In this document: in pieces, positions 48,333 through 60,500 of the stretch | Layout: every line of letters begins with the position of its first letter | How positions within the stretch are numbered: position 1 is the stretch's first letter | Position numbers and translations under genes: made by a program | Assembly: GCF_000143415.4 (NCBI RefSeq) | Contig: NW_003314306.1 | Coordinates: forward strand, 294,029 to 358,028 | DNA length: 64,000 nt | Origin: Selaginella moellendorffii | Lineage: Eukaryota; Plantae; Lycopodiophyta | Direction: 5' to 3' | Notes under the pieces: generated by a model | What the model saw: the letters and a program-made list of their open reading frames with translations, nothing else | Told to the model about the DNA's origin: nothing | Databases searched by the model: none

Positions 48333-50655
48333 TTAATCATGTTTTCCATATCAAACAAAGTCCATTTCTTTTTCTTTTTGTATTTTTCTCAAGAAATTGC
48401 TAGTGAAAAAATTTAAACTTGAGTTTTTTGGCAATGCATATCGTACTCTAATTTCAAACTTGTCCTATACTCTATGACTTTGGTGATAGTTGAAAAACTA
48501 TATTTCTTACATTATTTAGGCACTACGCCACTAAAATCATTAAAAAAACTGTTTTGTTCAATGTTGTCTAGACTCAAGACCTTTGCAATTATTAAAGAGA
48601 TCTATTTGTGATTCTTAGTGCTAAGTAAGTTTAGAATTCACAAGCAATTTTTTCAAACTATTTTCAAGCCAAAGAGTGATAGTTTATCCCACCGTGGTCA
48701 TTAAAAGTGAATAAGGTTTTTTCTGCCTATACTCACATTCTTGCTCTTACCTACAAAATAGTGACAAACAAACAGAGACAAAAATGTAGAAGAAGAGAAA
48801 AAAAAATGAAGAATGAGAAGAGAATTCAATTTTGAATTCTAAATACGTAAATAAGGATAAGCATATCTTATTATCTCAACTCTACTTTGCACAAACATCC
48901 ATAAACAGAAGAAAAAATGGTTAATTCAAATGCATACAATAGTGAGTGGGGGTTGTTTTTCAGCATGTCTAAATGTTACTTATATACTATATGATTTTAT
49001 AACCGTTTCTAACTACTTTTCGCATAGATCAAGTCTTTCTTCTTTGGATGCCTAAGCTTAGTTATAACTCAATTTCACCTAAAGTTTCTTCTTTTGCTCT
49101 GCTTGGGATGATACACAAAGATAAAATATTTACCTCTTTATCAAAAAGTTTATTATTGATTTATAAAGCCCTTGTGTATATACTTTAGAGGAGAGAAATG
49201 TTTTAGGAGTTAGATACAATCAATTACTCTATAATAAAATATATTTTATTTAATCAACTACTTCTTCATTTGTTTTATATTTATTTATTTATTTAATGCC
49301 ACTACATCATAGATTTTAAGAGTAGATGAGTGAATTAGGCAGTAGGAGATTTTTAAATGATAAAGGAAGAGTAATAATTTATAAGTTCTTGAGATTCTTT
49401 ATTGAAATGACTCATAACTAAAATAAAAATATCATAAAAAAAGCAGTATTTTTTTTCTAAATTTCTTAAGAGTGGTTTTGTTTATACTAAACATATATTG
49501 AAAAATTGCATATGGGCTGAATGTGGTTATAAGAGAGATTGTTTATGTCCAGCAAGAAGTTTGTGATTTTTTTTTCATATTTTATTTTTTTTCTTCTGTT
49601 TACATATTTCTCACAAATGAAGTTTGATTACTCAACAAGAAGAGTATTTGCAAGGTTTCATAAGCCACTAAAAATAAGATATTTTTGCAGATGCAAAAAT
49701 GCACAATAAGGATTGCAACCTATCATTAGTCTAAATTTATAAAGCAAGTATTTTTAATAACTACTCCACTAATAAAAATCTATCATAATAAGGAGGAGTT
49801 GCCAAACTTTTTAGGCCGCTAGATCCAGCCAATTGTAGCTGTTCAATGGGGGTAACTATAAAGGGGTTATTTCGGTAATCACATGTTAACGAATAATCGC
49901 GCTAATGTTTGCTCCCAGCCAATGGGAGGCAGCCAAACCACATGTGGCGGGAGAGGAAGGCCTGGCAATGTGTGTCACATGGAAATGTGTTGACCATGGC
50001 TACACTTGTCATCTGGGTATTGAGATCACTAGAGCACCAAGGTTGCAAGGAAGATTTGGTGATTGGAGCAAGATTGATCATCCTTCTAGTAGTGGAGTGA
50101 GGTGTTGCAGCATCTAGACATGCCACTCAACTGGAACTCACCACCAGTGGCGAGCTGCCATTTGAAACTGGGAATTTGGGGAACTTGATAGTGAAGTGTT
50201 TGTTCTTGAGAACCACATGCTTGTTCCAAGAGATCATGTTAGCATTTGTGTCATGGAATTTCACCACTGTTTTGAAAGTACTAGCGGAAACTCCCATAGA
50301 CTAACCATTCCATCGGAGGAGCAAGCCACAAGCTCAAAGGAACCCTTTTACATAAACTTAATGTAAAAGCAACAAAGAAAGATGATTTAGTTGGCTGGAT
50401 GAAAGAAAAGCAAACCTTAGCTTTTGGGTGTTCGACTAATCATCCTCCTAGTGGTGGAGCAAGGTGTTGCAGCATCCGGACCTGCCGCTCGATTGAAATG
50501 CGGTGTTCATTGGCCATAGCAATAGAATCTTCAACATGGAGATGTTTAAGATCTTCAGGCAAGTGCTGGATTTCATGACAATGTGCCAATTCGGAAGAGT
50601 TCTAGATGTGGTGACCATGTATCTTTCTCTCTTTTTCTTTTTATCCATTTTGGCG

Positions 50656-51270
50656 ATGAATGCAAGGGCATTTTGTGCTACTCCAGGTACTAGACTCACC
50701 CAGCAGCAGCATTGCTCGAGCAAGAGGGCTGTTGAGAGATTGGCGATCAAGCAGCCACAGAAAAACTATAACCAGGTTATACTTCTCAAGATCGTCTCCC
50801 AAGATTGCCAAGATCTTTTCAGGAAGCAATGTGGAAAGCCCATCATAAAAAAATCCATCGAGAAGAGGGAATTTTTGCTAGAAAACCATTTGAACTGGAG
50901 AACACATATAGTTGTGGTTTTTGTTGGTGTGATTTTGCTCACAACTCCCATATTTGCAGCCAATGCTCTCAAGATGTGCTCCTGTATTTTGCTGGTAATT
51001 TTATTCTTCTCTTTTGTTCTTCAAGAAAGACAAGTTTTTTCTCTCTCTCTAGATTGGAGCTTGCTTGATGCATTGTAAATCCTTTGTGCTTGCAAACTTA
51101 TAACAATCAACCTGACGAGACTAAGTGCCAGGTAAGTCTTGAGATTTTGTGTAAAACTTCTTTTGGATCAATGGATTGTTGTGATTCACAAATACTTTCA
51201 AATAAAATGTAGAGACATTTTCAAGAACAAGGTGGTGAATGAATTCAATGATTGCATGGTGAGCTGCAAG
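50656..51270 (+). pseudogene. VDE: Violaxanthin de-epoxidase 5' fragment (transit peptide and Cys-rich domain)
   Basis: AANALKMCSCIL | RLELA*CIVNPL-CLQTYNNQPDETKCQ | IKCRDIFKNKVVNEFNDCMVSCK matches the VDE Cys-rich region. Introns retained, one stop, one internal deletion, no lipocalin domain. Confidence 0.85.
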
Positions 51271-52376
51271 ATGAGGGGCATTTCCGAGTCCCACCACCTT
51301 GGGGCTCGCGGGTGGCGGATAATGTATGCAGTATTTGATTAAGCAGTAATGTTTTAAAATCTTTTTCCTAATTATAAATATCATTTATTAGTACATAATA
51401 CTATGGAATTACAGTTTCTATAGCATATATATTTACAAGATTTTGTTAGTAATTATTGTCTTGACTGGATTTGGGTAGTAATATATTAATGTTCCTAAAA
51501 ACTTATTGTTTTATATTTTAAGTAAACTTCATAATTAAGTAATGTCTTGCTAATAAAAATGAGTAATAATTATTCTTAGTAATATTCTCTTAATATAAGT
51601 TTATCCCACCTAAAAATATAATTTATATATAATATATTACTAATAATAGAAAATTTGTTTTTACCTTTTCTGGGTCAGGTGTTTTTCTAAATATATTCAT
51701 GTTTCCAAATAATAATTTGTATCTAATATTTTTATTAATGAACATTTATTTTTACTTTTCCCTAGGAATATATTTTGTTCTAAATATTTATATTATCAAG
51801 TTTACAAGAATTGACTTTTGTGTTCACCTAACATTTTCTGGGCATAATTCCCTCAATTCTTCTTTCAAAGTGAAATATAATATTTATTTTTTTGATACTA
51901 TTCCACTTTTAGTTTTTAATATAACAAAATTATAACAATCAAAACAGTATTTTACTAATAGGACAGCATATGCTAGGCAAGTGTTAGTGACAAAATACCA
52001 AAGCTAAGTAATCAAGGGGAATAATTTGAAAAATAATCCATAAAAGTTGAAATATAGATAGGTACCCACCTGCTGACGTGCCTGACACGTGGCGCGCAGA
52101 CGAGATTCTGATCGAGAAATTTGGCTATGGCTTCCAGTGGCGCTTTATGCTCCGTTTAAATCTGGCCCTTGGAGGCGCTCTGGCCGCCTGCCCGAGCGCG
52201 GTGAGGGATGTGAGGCGATGCAATCGCGCTTGCCGGGCTTCGCGCAACAAAAGGCAAGCATAATAGCTGGTGCTTCCTAGGTCTCGTGGGTCTGCGCGAT
52301 CCCTTTCTTTTCTCTCTGTCTTCTCGCGGCTCTAAGTGGATTTCCAGGACACTAGGGTTGTGATCGATCGCTGGGC

Positions 52377-54098
52377 ATGGCAGCCGATGTTCTTGGTGGA
52401 GGTATTCTCGATTTGGGCGATCGCGGCTGGGCAGCCCAAGCTCCTCCACTGTCACATTCACAGGTAGGCAAGGTAGGCAGTAGCCAGGAAGTGGAAAAAG
52501 TAGTGGATGGCGCCATTGAAAAAATTTGGAGGGTGGAAGATCGCGATCAAACTCCAGACTCCTCGCGGGAAGAGCCAGAACTAGATCCAGAGAACCAAGC
52601 ACAGATTGATTCTACCAGTGAACAGTCGCTGCTAGAGATTTCTTTGCCGAGGAACCTCTCGTCCCCGGACAAGGCTGTGAGGACCAAGGCTCTGGAAGCT
52701 CTTGGAAAATGGCTGGCTTCGTGCTCAATGGTGGAGGAGCGGTGCCTCGTTAGGATCTGGCAGAGCATTTTCTATTGCATCTGGTCGACGTCCAAGGCCT
52801 TGGAACAGGGTGAGCTGATAAGAAACGTAGCGACCATCGTCGGGAGCTTGAGTCCGGACATGGCCATCCTCGCGTTCAAGGTGCTGCTCTCGACCATGAT
52901 CGTGGAATGGAGCGGCATCGAGAAAAAGAAGCTGGAGAAGTTCCGGCTGCTGCTCCAGATCTGCTTGAGCCAGATGTTTGTGGTGCTGGAGAGTCACGGC
53001 TGGAGCGAAGAACTCATCTCCAAGTTCTCCGAGGCTTTTGGCGAGCGGAGCTTGATGGAGAGCCAGGCACAGGGCGTCAATCTCTTCTTGGCGCAGGCTT
53101 TCGTGGAGGAGCTGCGCAGCCGCATCCCTCCATCGTCGGAGGTGCTGAGGATCCTCCTCGAGCCATTCGTCGCGGTGTTTGCAACGTCCACGGACAAGAC
53201 GGTGCTCCAGAGGGTGAGAGACACGGTTTTCCTACAGCTCCTCCAGGAGGCTCGCAAAGCAGTGAAGGTAGAGAATGGTGGCGAGGAGGAAAAGAAGTGC
53301 CTGGGATCTCTCGTCCTCGGTCTTCCACTCGCGGGGAAGTTCTTCGAGCTCTCGGCGGAGCCATCGTTGGGGGCGATCAACAAGAAGTTCCTCCAGCAGC
53401 TCTGCGAAGACTTTAGCAGATCGGAGGGAGGCGTCTCCTCGCCGGCGATGGGGATGCTCAAGCCGGCCGTGACTCCGCCACCAAAGGTGGTGGTGGCGGA
53501 GGAGCTGGCGGAGCCGGCAAGCCTTTCCGTGAATGGAAGGAAGCGGAAGAGGATCACCGGCGAGGCGGTAGTGTTCCAGTCGCGAAGAGTCCTGAGAAGC
53601 GAGTTAAAGCTTGCGCTCCAGAGCAGCGACAGCGATCCAGAGGACAGCCCAAGGAGTAGTCCGAGGAGGAGCCCGAGACGATCGCGGAGCCCGAGCCCGA
53701 GCTTAAGTCCGAGACGAGCGTCACCCAGGAGGAGAGGCGGCAGCGACGAGCAGCCGGCACAGTCGGAGAAGGAGGTGGAATCGACGTCGGTGTCGGGCGA
53801 CGAAGATCTAAGCAGTGGAGGAGGAAAGAAGGTCCGGTTTGCGCTCAAGAACAATCTCGTCTGGTCTCCACGGCGGCCTCTCCCGCCGGCGTGGGTGAGG
53901 GTTCCTCCGTGTGCCGCGCCGCGAGGAAGCGCCATGAAGCCGGGCGTTCTTCCAGGTCCCATTGCCGATCCTCCTCCGCCCAAGCAGAGGAGGACGAAGG
54001 AGAGGAAGCACAGGGGCAAGAAGAAGGCGCCCGGGGTGGGATCGCCATCGCCATCGTCGTCCGGGAAGAAATCGAAGAAAGCGAGGAAACGGGCGTGA
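52377..54098 (+). CDS. RRP1: RRP1/Nop52-family ribosome biogenesis protein (divergent, intronless)
   Basis: LSSPDKAVRTKAL...IWQSIFYCIW...EWSGIE...LEKF Nop52 domain. Plant-type C-terminus KKVRFALKNNLVW.P..PLPP...PRGSA.K.GV.PGPI and a basic tail. Confidence 0.85.
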   Translation: MAADVLGGGILDLGDRGWAAQAPPLSHSQVGKVGSSQEVEKVVDGAIEKIWRVEDRDQTPDSSREEPELDPENQAQIDSTSEQSLLEISLPRNLSSPDKAVRTKALEALGKWLASCSMVEERCLVRIWQSIFYCIWSTSKALEQGELIRNVATIVGSLSPDMAILAFKVLLSTMIVEWSGIEKKKLEKFRLLLQICLSQMFVVLESHGWSEELISKFSEAFGERSLMESQAQGVNLFLAQAFVEELRSRIPPSSEVLRILLEPFVAVFATSTDKTVLQRVRDTVFLQLLQEARKAVKVENGGEEEKKCLGSLVLGLPLAGKFFELSAEPSLGAINKKFLQQLCEDFSRSEGGVSSPAMGMLKPAVTPPPKVVVAEELAEPASLSVNGRKRKRITGEAVVFQSRRVLRSELKLALQSSDSDPEDSPRSSPRRSPRRSRSPSPSLSPRRASPRRRGGSDEQPAQSEKEVESTSVSGDEDLSSGGGKKVRFALKNNLVWSPRRPLPPAWVRVPPCAAPRGSAMKPGVLPGPIADPPPPKQRRTKERKHRGKKKAPGVGSPSPSSSGKKSKKARKRA

Positions 54099-54852
54099 GC
54101 TTTGTTATATGTTTTGTACATTCGTCTAGTTGAAACAAATGAAGAACCCTAAAAAACGACCCTCTCCCTCACAAATAAAGAACCCTAAAAAACAGAATTT
54201 GAAGACCTTTTATCGGGAGGATTTCTTGAGGCGGAAGAAGAGGCGATTCGCGATTCCAGTGCCCGCGCAGCGTACGCAGCTGATCTTTCCCCGGCCTTGG
54301 CATAGCGAGCACTTCTCCAGCGGCGATCCAGTGAAGAGCCCACCTGAAAATCAACGCTTGAGAGATTTGCAATTGGAATTTTGCGCGAGCCTGCCTTGTT
54401 TGCCGCGGGCCTTGCACATTAGGCAGAGCTGCAATCGCCAATTCAGCACAAGGAGAATCAAATCCCAGTCGAACAAGAAAAAGGAGAAGATCACTCAACA
54501 TTGTAGCCAGTTCCCAAACATTCCTTGCATTTCTTGGGTTTAATTCGCACCTAGGTAGAAAGCAAGAGAACTCAATGGGAAGAAAGGAATCCCCTGGCAC
54601 GAACCATCGATAGGAGCCATCGCGGATTTCTTGCTAGCGTTGTGGCCGCTAATTGCAATGCAAAGATGGTCGCCATGACCGCCCATCCCGGATCATCCAT
54701 CCCCTCTTCTAAACTTTAGGCTTCTAGCATTGTAATTCATGTTTTGGCCTGATCGATTACGCAAAACTCATTGAAATTCCACATTGTTTATCCTGCTCGA
54801 TCGATTCTTGCTTTGTTCTTGCCTGGATTGAAGTTCTTCTTTCTCGATTCAC

Positions 54853-56472
54853 TCACGGCGGCTCTAACAATTGCATCCCAGTATCTGGGAGATCCGGGCA
54901 AGCCATGGCGGCGCCACCACTCTCTCTCCCACTCAAGCTAAATCCATCCTCTCGGCACGATAGCTTCTTCGATGGCGCAAAGTGGAAGCAAGGATCACTG
55001 GAAACGCTGGGCCAGCAAGGATCATCCCGCCAAGGCTTGAGGAAGTACGGAGTTAATCCCGCCAGTCCCTGGGCCGTATAGCCAAACGTGGACATGTGAC
55101 TCGTCAGCAACACGTCAGCAAGGCTCAGGGACCAAATGTCCACGAGGGCCCTCTGCTGGTGGTCCACGTCATCGCGCTGCTCCTCGTCAGCACCCAGCGT
55201 CACGAGCTCGAATCTCTGCCCCGTCTGGGACTCCACGTCGCGCAGGCTCGCGTTGAGCTTGGCGGCGTGCTCGCCCACCAGGGACGCGACGTAGACCGCG
55301 ATGTAATCGTCGCTGGCGATGGATTTGTTCTTGGATTCCAGGAACTCGTCGATCTCGATCGGGCAGAGGCCGGATTTGGATCGAATGCAGCGCGGCACCG
55401 ATGCGTCGTAGTAGTCGCGGTAGTCGCCCTTGGATTCGCGGAGCTGGACCGCGATTCTTCTCGATGCGCCTCGGAATTTCATGCTGTGGAGCGACTGGAT
55501 GGATCCCCAGACCTCGTCGCTAGGGTTGAGCAGGAAGCCGGCTAGATTGTGGAAGACACGGCGCTCCGGGAAGATCGCCTCGAGGATTGGGCGCAGGGAT
55601 GGATTGAGGAAGAATCCCGCCGCGAAGTACTGGTTGCTGTTCCTGAAATTCAAGACTGGGATGTTCCTGACCGATGCCATGGCAGACGGGCAGACGAGGA
55701 ATCGGTGTTCTTCCGGCTTGGTGTTGGCGGAGAAGACGATCGGGAGGACGGGCTGGGAGCGGCACGCGTCGGATCGAGCGAGGCGGCCGCGGCAGCGCGC
55801 ATAGAAATCCGGGAAAGAGATGGATTGATCGTCCTTGAGGGAGAGGCCGCGCGGGAGCTTCCAGTGTGAATCGATGAAGGGCTCGCAGAAGAGGCGATCC
55901 CAGGAGGGAGATTCTTCGAGGAGGAGGACGCGCTGGGAGAGGATGGCGTAGAGGAATGTGGAGACGAGGGACATGAGCTTGTTGCCCAGGCCGAAGGTAC
56001 AGCTCCACACGATGTAGCGGCACTGGCTGGGATTCGTGATCTTGGCGGTGTTCTTGGCGATGATGTGGTGGAGATTGTCGTGGTCGCGCGCGACGCAGGC
56101 GCTGTGCATGGCCGAGTAGCGATCGAGCAGCGCCTGGAGCGCCGGCGATCGATCCGTCGCGTACCTATGAAGCGATGCTCCATTGTCACTCTTGAATTTG
56201 CAAGAATTCCTTGGAGGAGGATCGCGATTCTTGGGCGCGGCCAGGATTTTGAGCTGCTCGTCCATGGCCGCGAGGATTTTGCACACGCCGCCCTCGCCCG
56301 GGCTGGCGACTGTGGCGCATGATCTCAATCCTCGCCGGAGCTGCTCTGGAAATGTGGCGTCCAGGGATTTGCTCCAGTTTTTGGCGCTCGAATTCCGCGA
56401 ATTCGCTGCATCGCAGGGCGAGAAGATGAGAATTCCAATGAATACTGGCAGCCAGAATTTCTTGAGATCCAT
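54853..56472 (-). CDS. Xyloglucan alpha-1,2-fucosyltransferase family (GT37)
   Basis: N-terminal hydrophobic anchor; CRYIVW...GLGNKLMSLVSTFLYAILSQRVLL, LFCEPF, SNQYF, VFHNLAGFLLNPSDEVW, ALVDIWSLSLADVLLTSHMSTFGYTAQGLAGL, SSDPCFH. Confidence 0.93.
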   Translation of the reverse strand: MDLKKFWLPVFIGILIFSPCDAANSRNSSAKNWSKSLDATFPEQLRRGLRSCATVASPGEGGVCKILAAMDEQLKILAAPKNRDPPPRNSCKFKSDNGASLHRYATDRSPALQALLDRYSAMHSACVARDHDNLHHIIAKNTAKITNPSQCRYIVWSCTFGLGNKLMSLVSTFLYAILSQRVLLLEESPSWDRLFCEPFIDSHWKLPRGLSLKDDQSISFPDFYARCRGRLARSDACRSQPVLPIVFSANTKPEEHRFLVCPSAMASVRNIPVLNFRNSNQYFAAGFFLNPSLRPILEAIFPERRVFHNLAGFLLNPSDEVWGSIQSLHSMKFRGASRRIAVQLRESKGDYRDYYDASVPRCIRSKSGLCPIEIDEFLESKNKSIASDDYIAVYVASLVGEHAAKLNASLRDVESQTGQRFELVTLGADEEQRDDVDHQQRALVDIWSLSLADVLLTSHMSTFGYTAQGLAGLTPYFLKPWRDDPCWPSVSSDPCFHFAPSKKLSCREDGFSLSGRESGGAAMACPDLPDTGMQLLEPP

Positions 56473-57587
56473 GAGAGGGGAAAGAACACTTTTTTTCTAC
56501 TAGTGTCGGCTGTCAAGAAATTTTAGGAGTGCCAAGAATGATAATCCCTCCCTCCCCACCCTCTAACTGTCCCACCGTGATCCAAACAATTATAAATTCT
56601 TTGGTATATTCTTATTTTGCTTACTTACTTTAATTTTCTAGGGTTTATGCATGCAATTACACAACTTTGGACAAAAAAAATTTAGTTTTCGAAGTCAATG
56701 ACAGTAAAGACTTTCGTTGACTACCATTGACTTTGAGCTCAACTCATAAGCTGAGCTCAATTTTCCCGAACAAGTCTTTGAAAGCAAAGCACAAAACTAG
56801 TTTGGAACTGGTCAACTTACAAATGTGCCTGCTACACTGCTAGCCTCCATCTTCCTTTGGCCCGTCTACGCCTGATAATCCGTCTCCCTGCTGGAGTCCT
56901 CATCCTGCGCCAAACAAAACTTGGCTTTGATCCGCGAGAAAGTGACTGTGTACTTCACTCACCTCACGAGAAATCCATGAGTCCTTTTCCGCTTCTTGTT
57001 GTTTGGCTGATAAGTCCTCTTGGGCATCATGATCATCGAGCTAGGAGTGACAAATCCGAAAAGAAAAAGAGATTCTCAAACTAAAACCGAAGAGAAAGAA
57101 CAGCGATTACCTCTCGTCGGCATCCAAGATCTCGGGGCATTTCACTGTCAAATTCCAGGCCTATAGTCTCTACAATGCAAGTAATTCTTGAAGCGTACCC
57201 TCATCGTGAGCTGACCATGGCGCTGGACCGTTTGCAGGCCAGGGCAAAGGCAATCCCACAGGAATCAACAGAGCTAGGTCGTCGGATGGAGTTCCAAACC
57301 CCTGCATTGCATTCCACGGCGCGTCTGGACTTTGGCGCCCTTGCACTGCCCTCCACACCTGATGATCCTCACACAATGCCGCCCAGCGCCGCCCAAGAAT
57401 CTGCCCGCCGCTCCGCCAGGGCGCCGCGCGATTCATCACTTGCCGCCAAGCCATCCTTTCCCCTATTTTAGGGTTCTTGGAATTCTATTTGATAAACTTT
57501 AGGGCAAAGATCCGTTTCTTCTTTAAATTTTGTACTTTAATTTTTGAGTATATTCTATTACCCTTTAGGGTTTATGATCTTCTAGGC

Positions 57588-60500
57588 ATGGAAGAGAATG
57601 GCAGAGGAGGGGCGATGGCGCTGATGGAATCCCGGCCTCGGGACCAACAGCAGAAGGAGGAGGGCGAGGATCGCGATGGCGAGGGTGAATTCCTGGCGAC
57701 GGACGAGGAGCAGATCCTGGCTCGCGTCGCCGCGAATCATCTCTTCCTAGGTCAGTTTGAGGCGTTCCGGGCAGCGATCAAGACTCTGTCCGACAAGAAT
57801 GCGATGGCCGCGATCGCATTGCTGCGGGCCGTGGTGGTTGTCGGTGGCCGCATGCCAGGTGTTTTGGTGGAATCGCCAGCGCAGCTCGCATGGATGTGTG
57901 TTTTGGAGTTGGAAGAACTGGACGGGACTTCCATTGCCGGCATCGAGCTCGTCAGGGAATTGGTGGAAATGCTCCTCCTGCTGGAGATGCTAGAAGGGAA
58001 AATCACTCTGGATGGTGCTGGGAAAAGGGAGATAGGTGATGGAACTTTAGGATCGAGTAGTAGTAAGGCACAGGGCAGTGGTGTCGACGCGACGGGAGAG
58101 TGTGTAGATAGTGAAGCGGCGAGTCGAGTGATAGACGCGGGGTTTTCGCACGATATCACCTTTTTTTTCCTCGGACGATTGGAGGGGCTGCTTGGTTCTT
58201 CGCAGCAGGGCCGTGTAAATTCTGGTTTTAGCGCAGAGCAGCTGGAGAAGTTGGAGAGCTGGGTCGAGTGTTACACCGTCGCTCAGCCTGAGACGATGGC
58301 TGCGATTTGTAGAAATATTCGAAGGCAGAGCGAGCTTGATGAGGAGTTCCGCGGGGATGGTTTCGGTTTTATCTTTCTTCAGCAGGTGCAGCTTGTTCAT
58401 TTGAAGCGCATCAAAGAGTTTGTCGATCGAGGGGAATTAGAAAAAGGGATTTCCCACTTGAAGTACCTGGACGAGCGTTGTGGAGTCCCGGAGGCTGACT
58501 TCAGGTGAATCTATGCATTGATTGTAACTCATTGTTTGAGTTGTTCTGGTTCTGGCAGCGAAGTTGTATCGCTACTAGGTGACCGGTGCGTTGTGGCTGA
58601 CAACAAAAGGCTGTTCTCCTTGGCTTATGAAGGCATTCTTTCTTCTGGTAGCACCCGATTGCTAAGTGTGTTGGAGGTAAGTCTTCGTGCTAACGCGACT
58701 TTCTGGCTCATCCTCGTCTGGTTTGCTGCTTCCAGGCTTCCCAGGATAAGCCTATTCAGGCTGAACAGGAAGTTCAAGGTGTTATTCCACGTCCATTTTG
58801 GAGTTTGCATCAGCAACGTGAAGCCTTGCAGCAACAGAATGTGTCAACGGTCGAGACAGTATTGCGGGAGTTCATGCGAAACGCTTTTCATCATTCTCGG
58901 GCGAAAGGAGAGCACGTCCTTGAGACAGCTACGAAGATTGCTCTGGATGCCATCAGGACGTCTCAACTCGAGCTTGCGGCAGATGTATGTATGCTTCCAG
59001 CCATTGTATCGTTTCTTACTGCATCCCTCCGCATTCCTTCGCATTGCACACAGGTAGACAGACAGATAGATTCTAATAACCTCATAAGCCTGAGTTTGAT
59101 TTGTATGGGACTGTTTGGCAGGCTCTTGTAGTAAGTAATGTGTATGTGTTTTCCTCTTCAGGTTCTTGTTCCGTTTCCTAGGCTTCGCCCATTAGTTGCG
59201 GCCATGGGTTGGAACCTCTTGACGTGCAACACAACCGGCCGTCGTAATATGATGGAAATTCTTTGGTATTCGGAATCGAAACTCGGTAAAGGCTTTCCTA
59301 CCTCAGGAAAGCTTGTCCATGAAGTAAGTTCTCTTCGACCGTGTAAAACGTTTTGCTGAGTTGCATTCCTTGCAGGTTTCGTGCATTGAAGACCTGTGTG
59401 ATCGACTTTGCTACAACTTGGAAGTAGCGTATTTTGTAGCACAAGTAAAATCCGGCTCAAGAAATGAGTTTGAAGGGCCTCGCTTGCTAAAGAGTGAATC
59501 AACAGTACCGTCGGACAGTTTTGCAGAAAATCTTGTTCTTGAACGTCTTGCTGATGAGTCCCCTCTTCGTGTAAGTTCATCCATTAAAACTCTTGCTAAT
59601 GAACGAACAAGCGGGCTGTAGGTTATCTTCGATATGATACCGAATCTAAGATTGCGAGATGCGGTAAATTTGTTGAAACTTCAGCCGGTTTCTTCATCTC
59701 TGGATTTGATGCATAGGTATGACGTCCGAGGTTTTGCGTCATCTGTTTGCTAACGTTCGGTCTTAAAAGGCATAATGATTTGGAACTTCTATATATGCAT
59801 TATGCTCTTCAGGCTACAGCAGTAGCAATGATAGCAGTGACAGCAGAAGATAAAATTAAGACGGCGGGCTTGACATCGTTGAGTGAGCTTCAGCAACATC
59901 TCGAAGCGATAAAAACTCCAGTCCGCCGAGTAAGTGGAGAAATGAACTGTGGTGTGTATTAACTTGTGTTTGTTTTCAGCTCTGGATGCTCGGTATGATC
60001 GTCACATTCCTTCAAATGGAGGAGGAGCACGTTTTGGAAGACATGCCTATTGAGGAGGCTTTACAGTCGCTAGACACTTCTCAACGATTAATTGAGGACC
60101 GTGAACAACCTGTCATGCTTTTTGTGAGGCGCACGCTGGAAATACTGCATCGCTATCTCCCTCCCTCGGGTTTCAGTTTGGCTTATGGGAAAGCCAAACT
60201 TGATCCGGAATGGAGGGAGTGCTGGGAGAACGAGCGCCTCAAAATAAGCCGTTTTGTCGAGGACTGGAACTGGCGCTTGCTAGTGGTTGAAAGACTGATT
60301 TTGCGTCCTGAAGAACAACTGTCGTGGAAATCAGCTCTTGGTATTCTTCACTCCGCACCTCTTTCACTGCTAAACATGTAAGTTGCTTGGTTCTTTCTTT
60401 CTTTCTTTCTTTCTTTTCTTTTGTGTTTTGTTAATCCTTTCCCATTCGGGTCTCTAGGTGCATTTTGAGATCTGAATATGACTTAGCTAAGGATGCAGTC

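Noticed and set aside
52994-54121. 375-aa antisense ORF and other overlapping ORFs at 52-56 kb
   Set aside because: Shadows of the GC-rich RRP1-like and fucosyltransferase coding sequences.
57175-57471. 98-aa ORF upstream of the ZFYVE26-like gene
   Set aside because: No recognisable motifs; lies in the promoter or 5' region.
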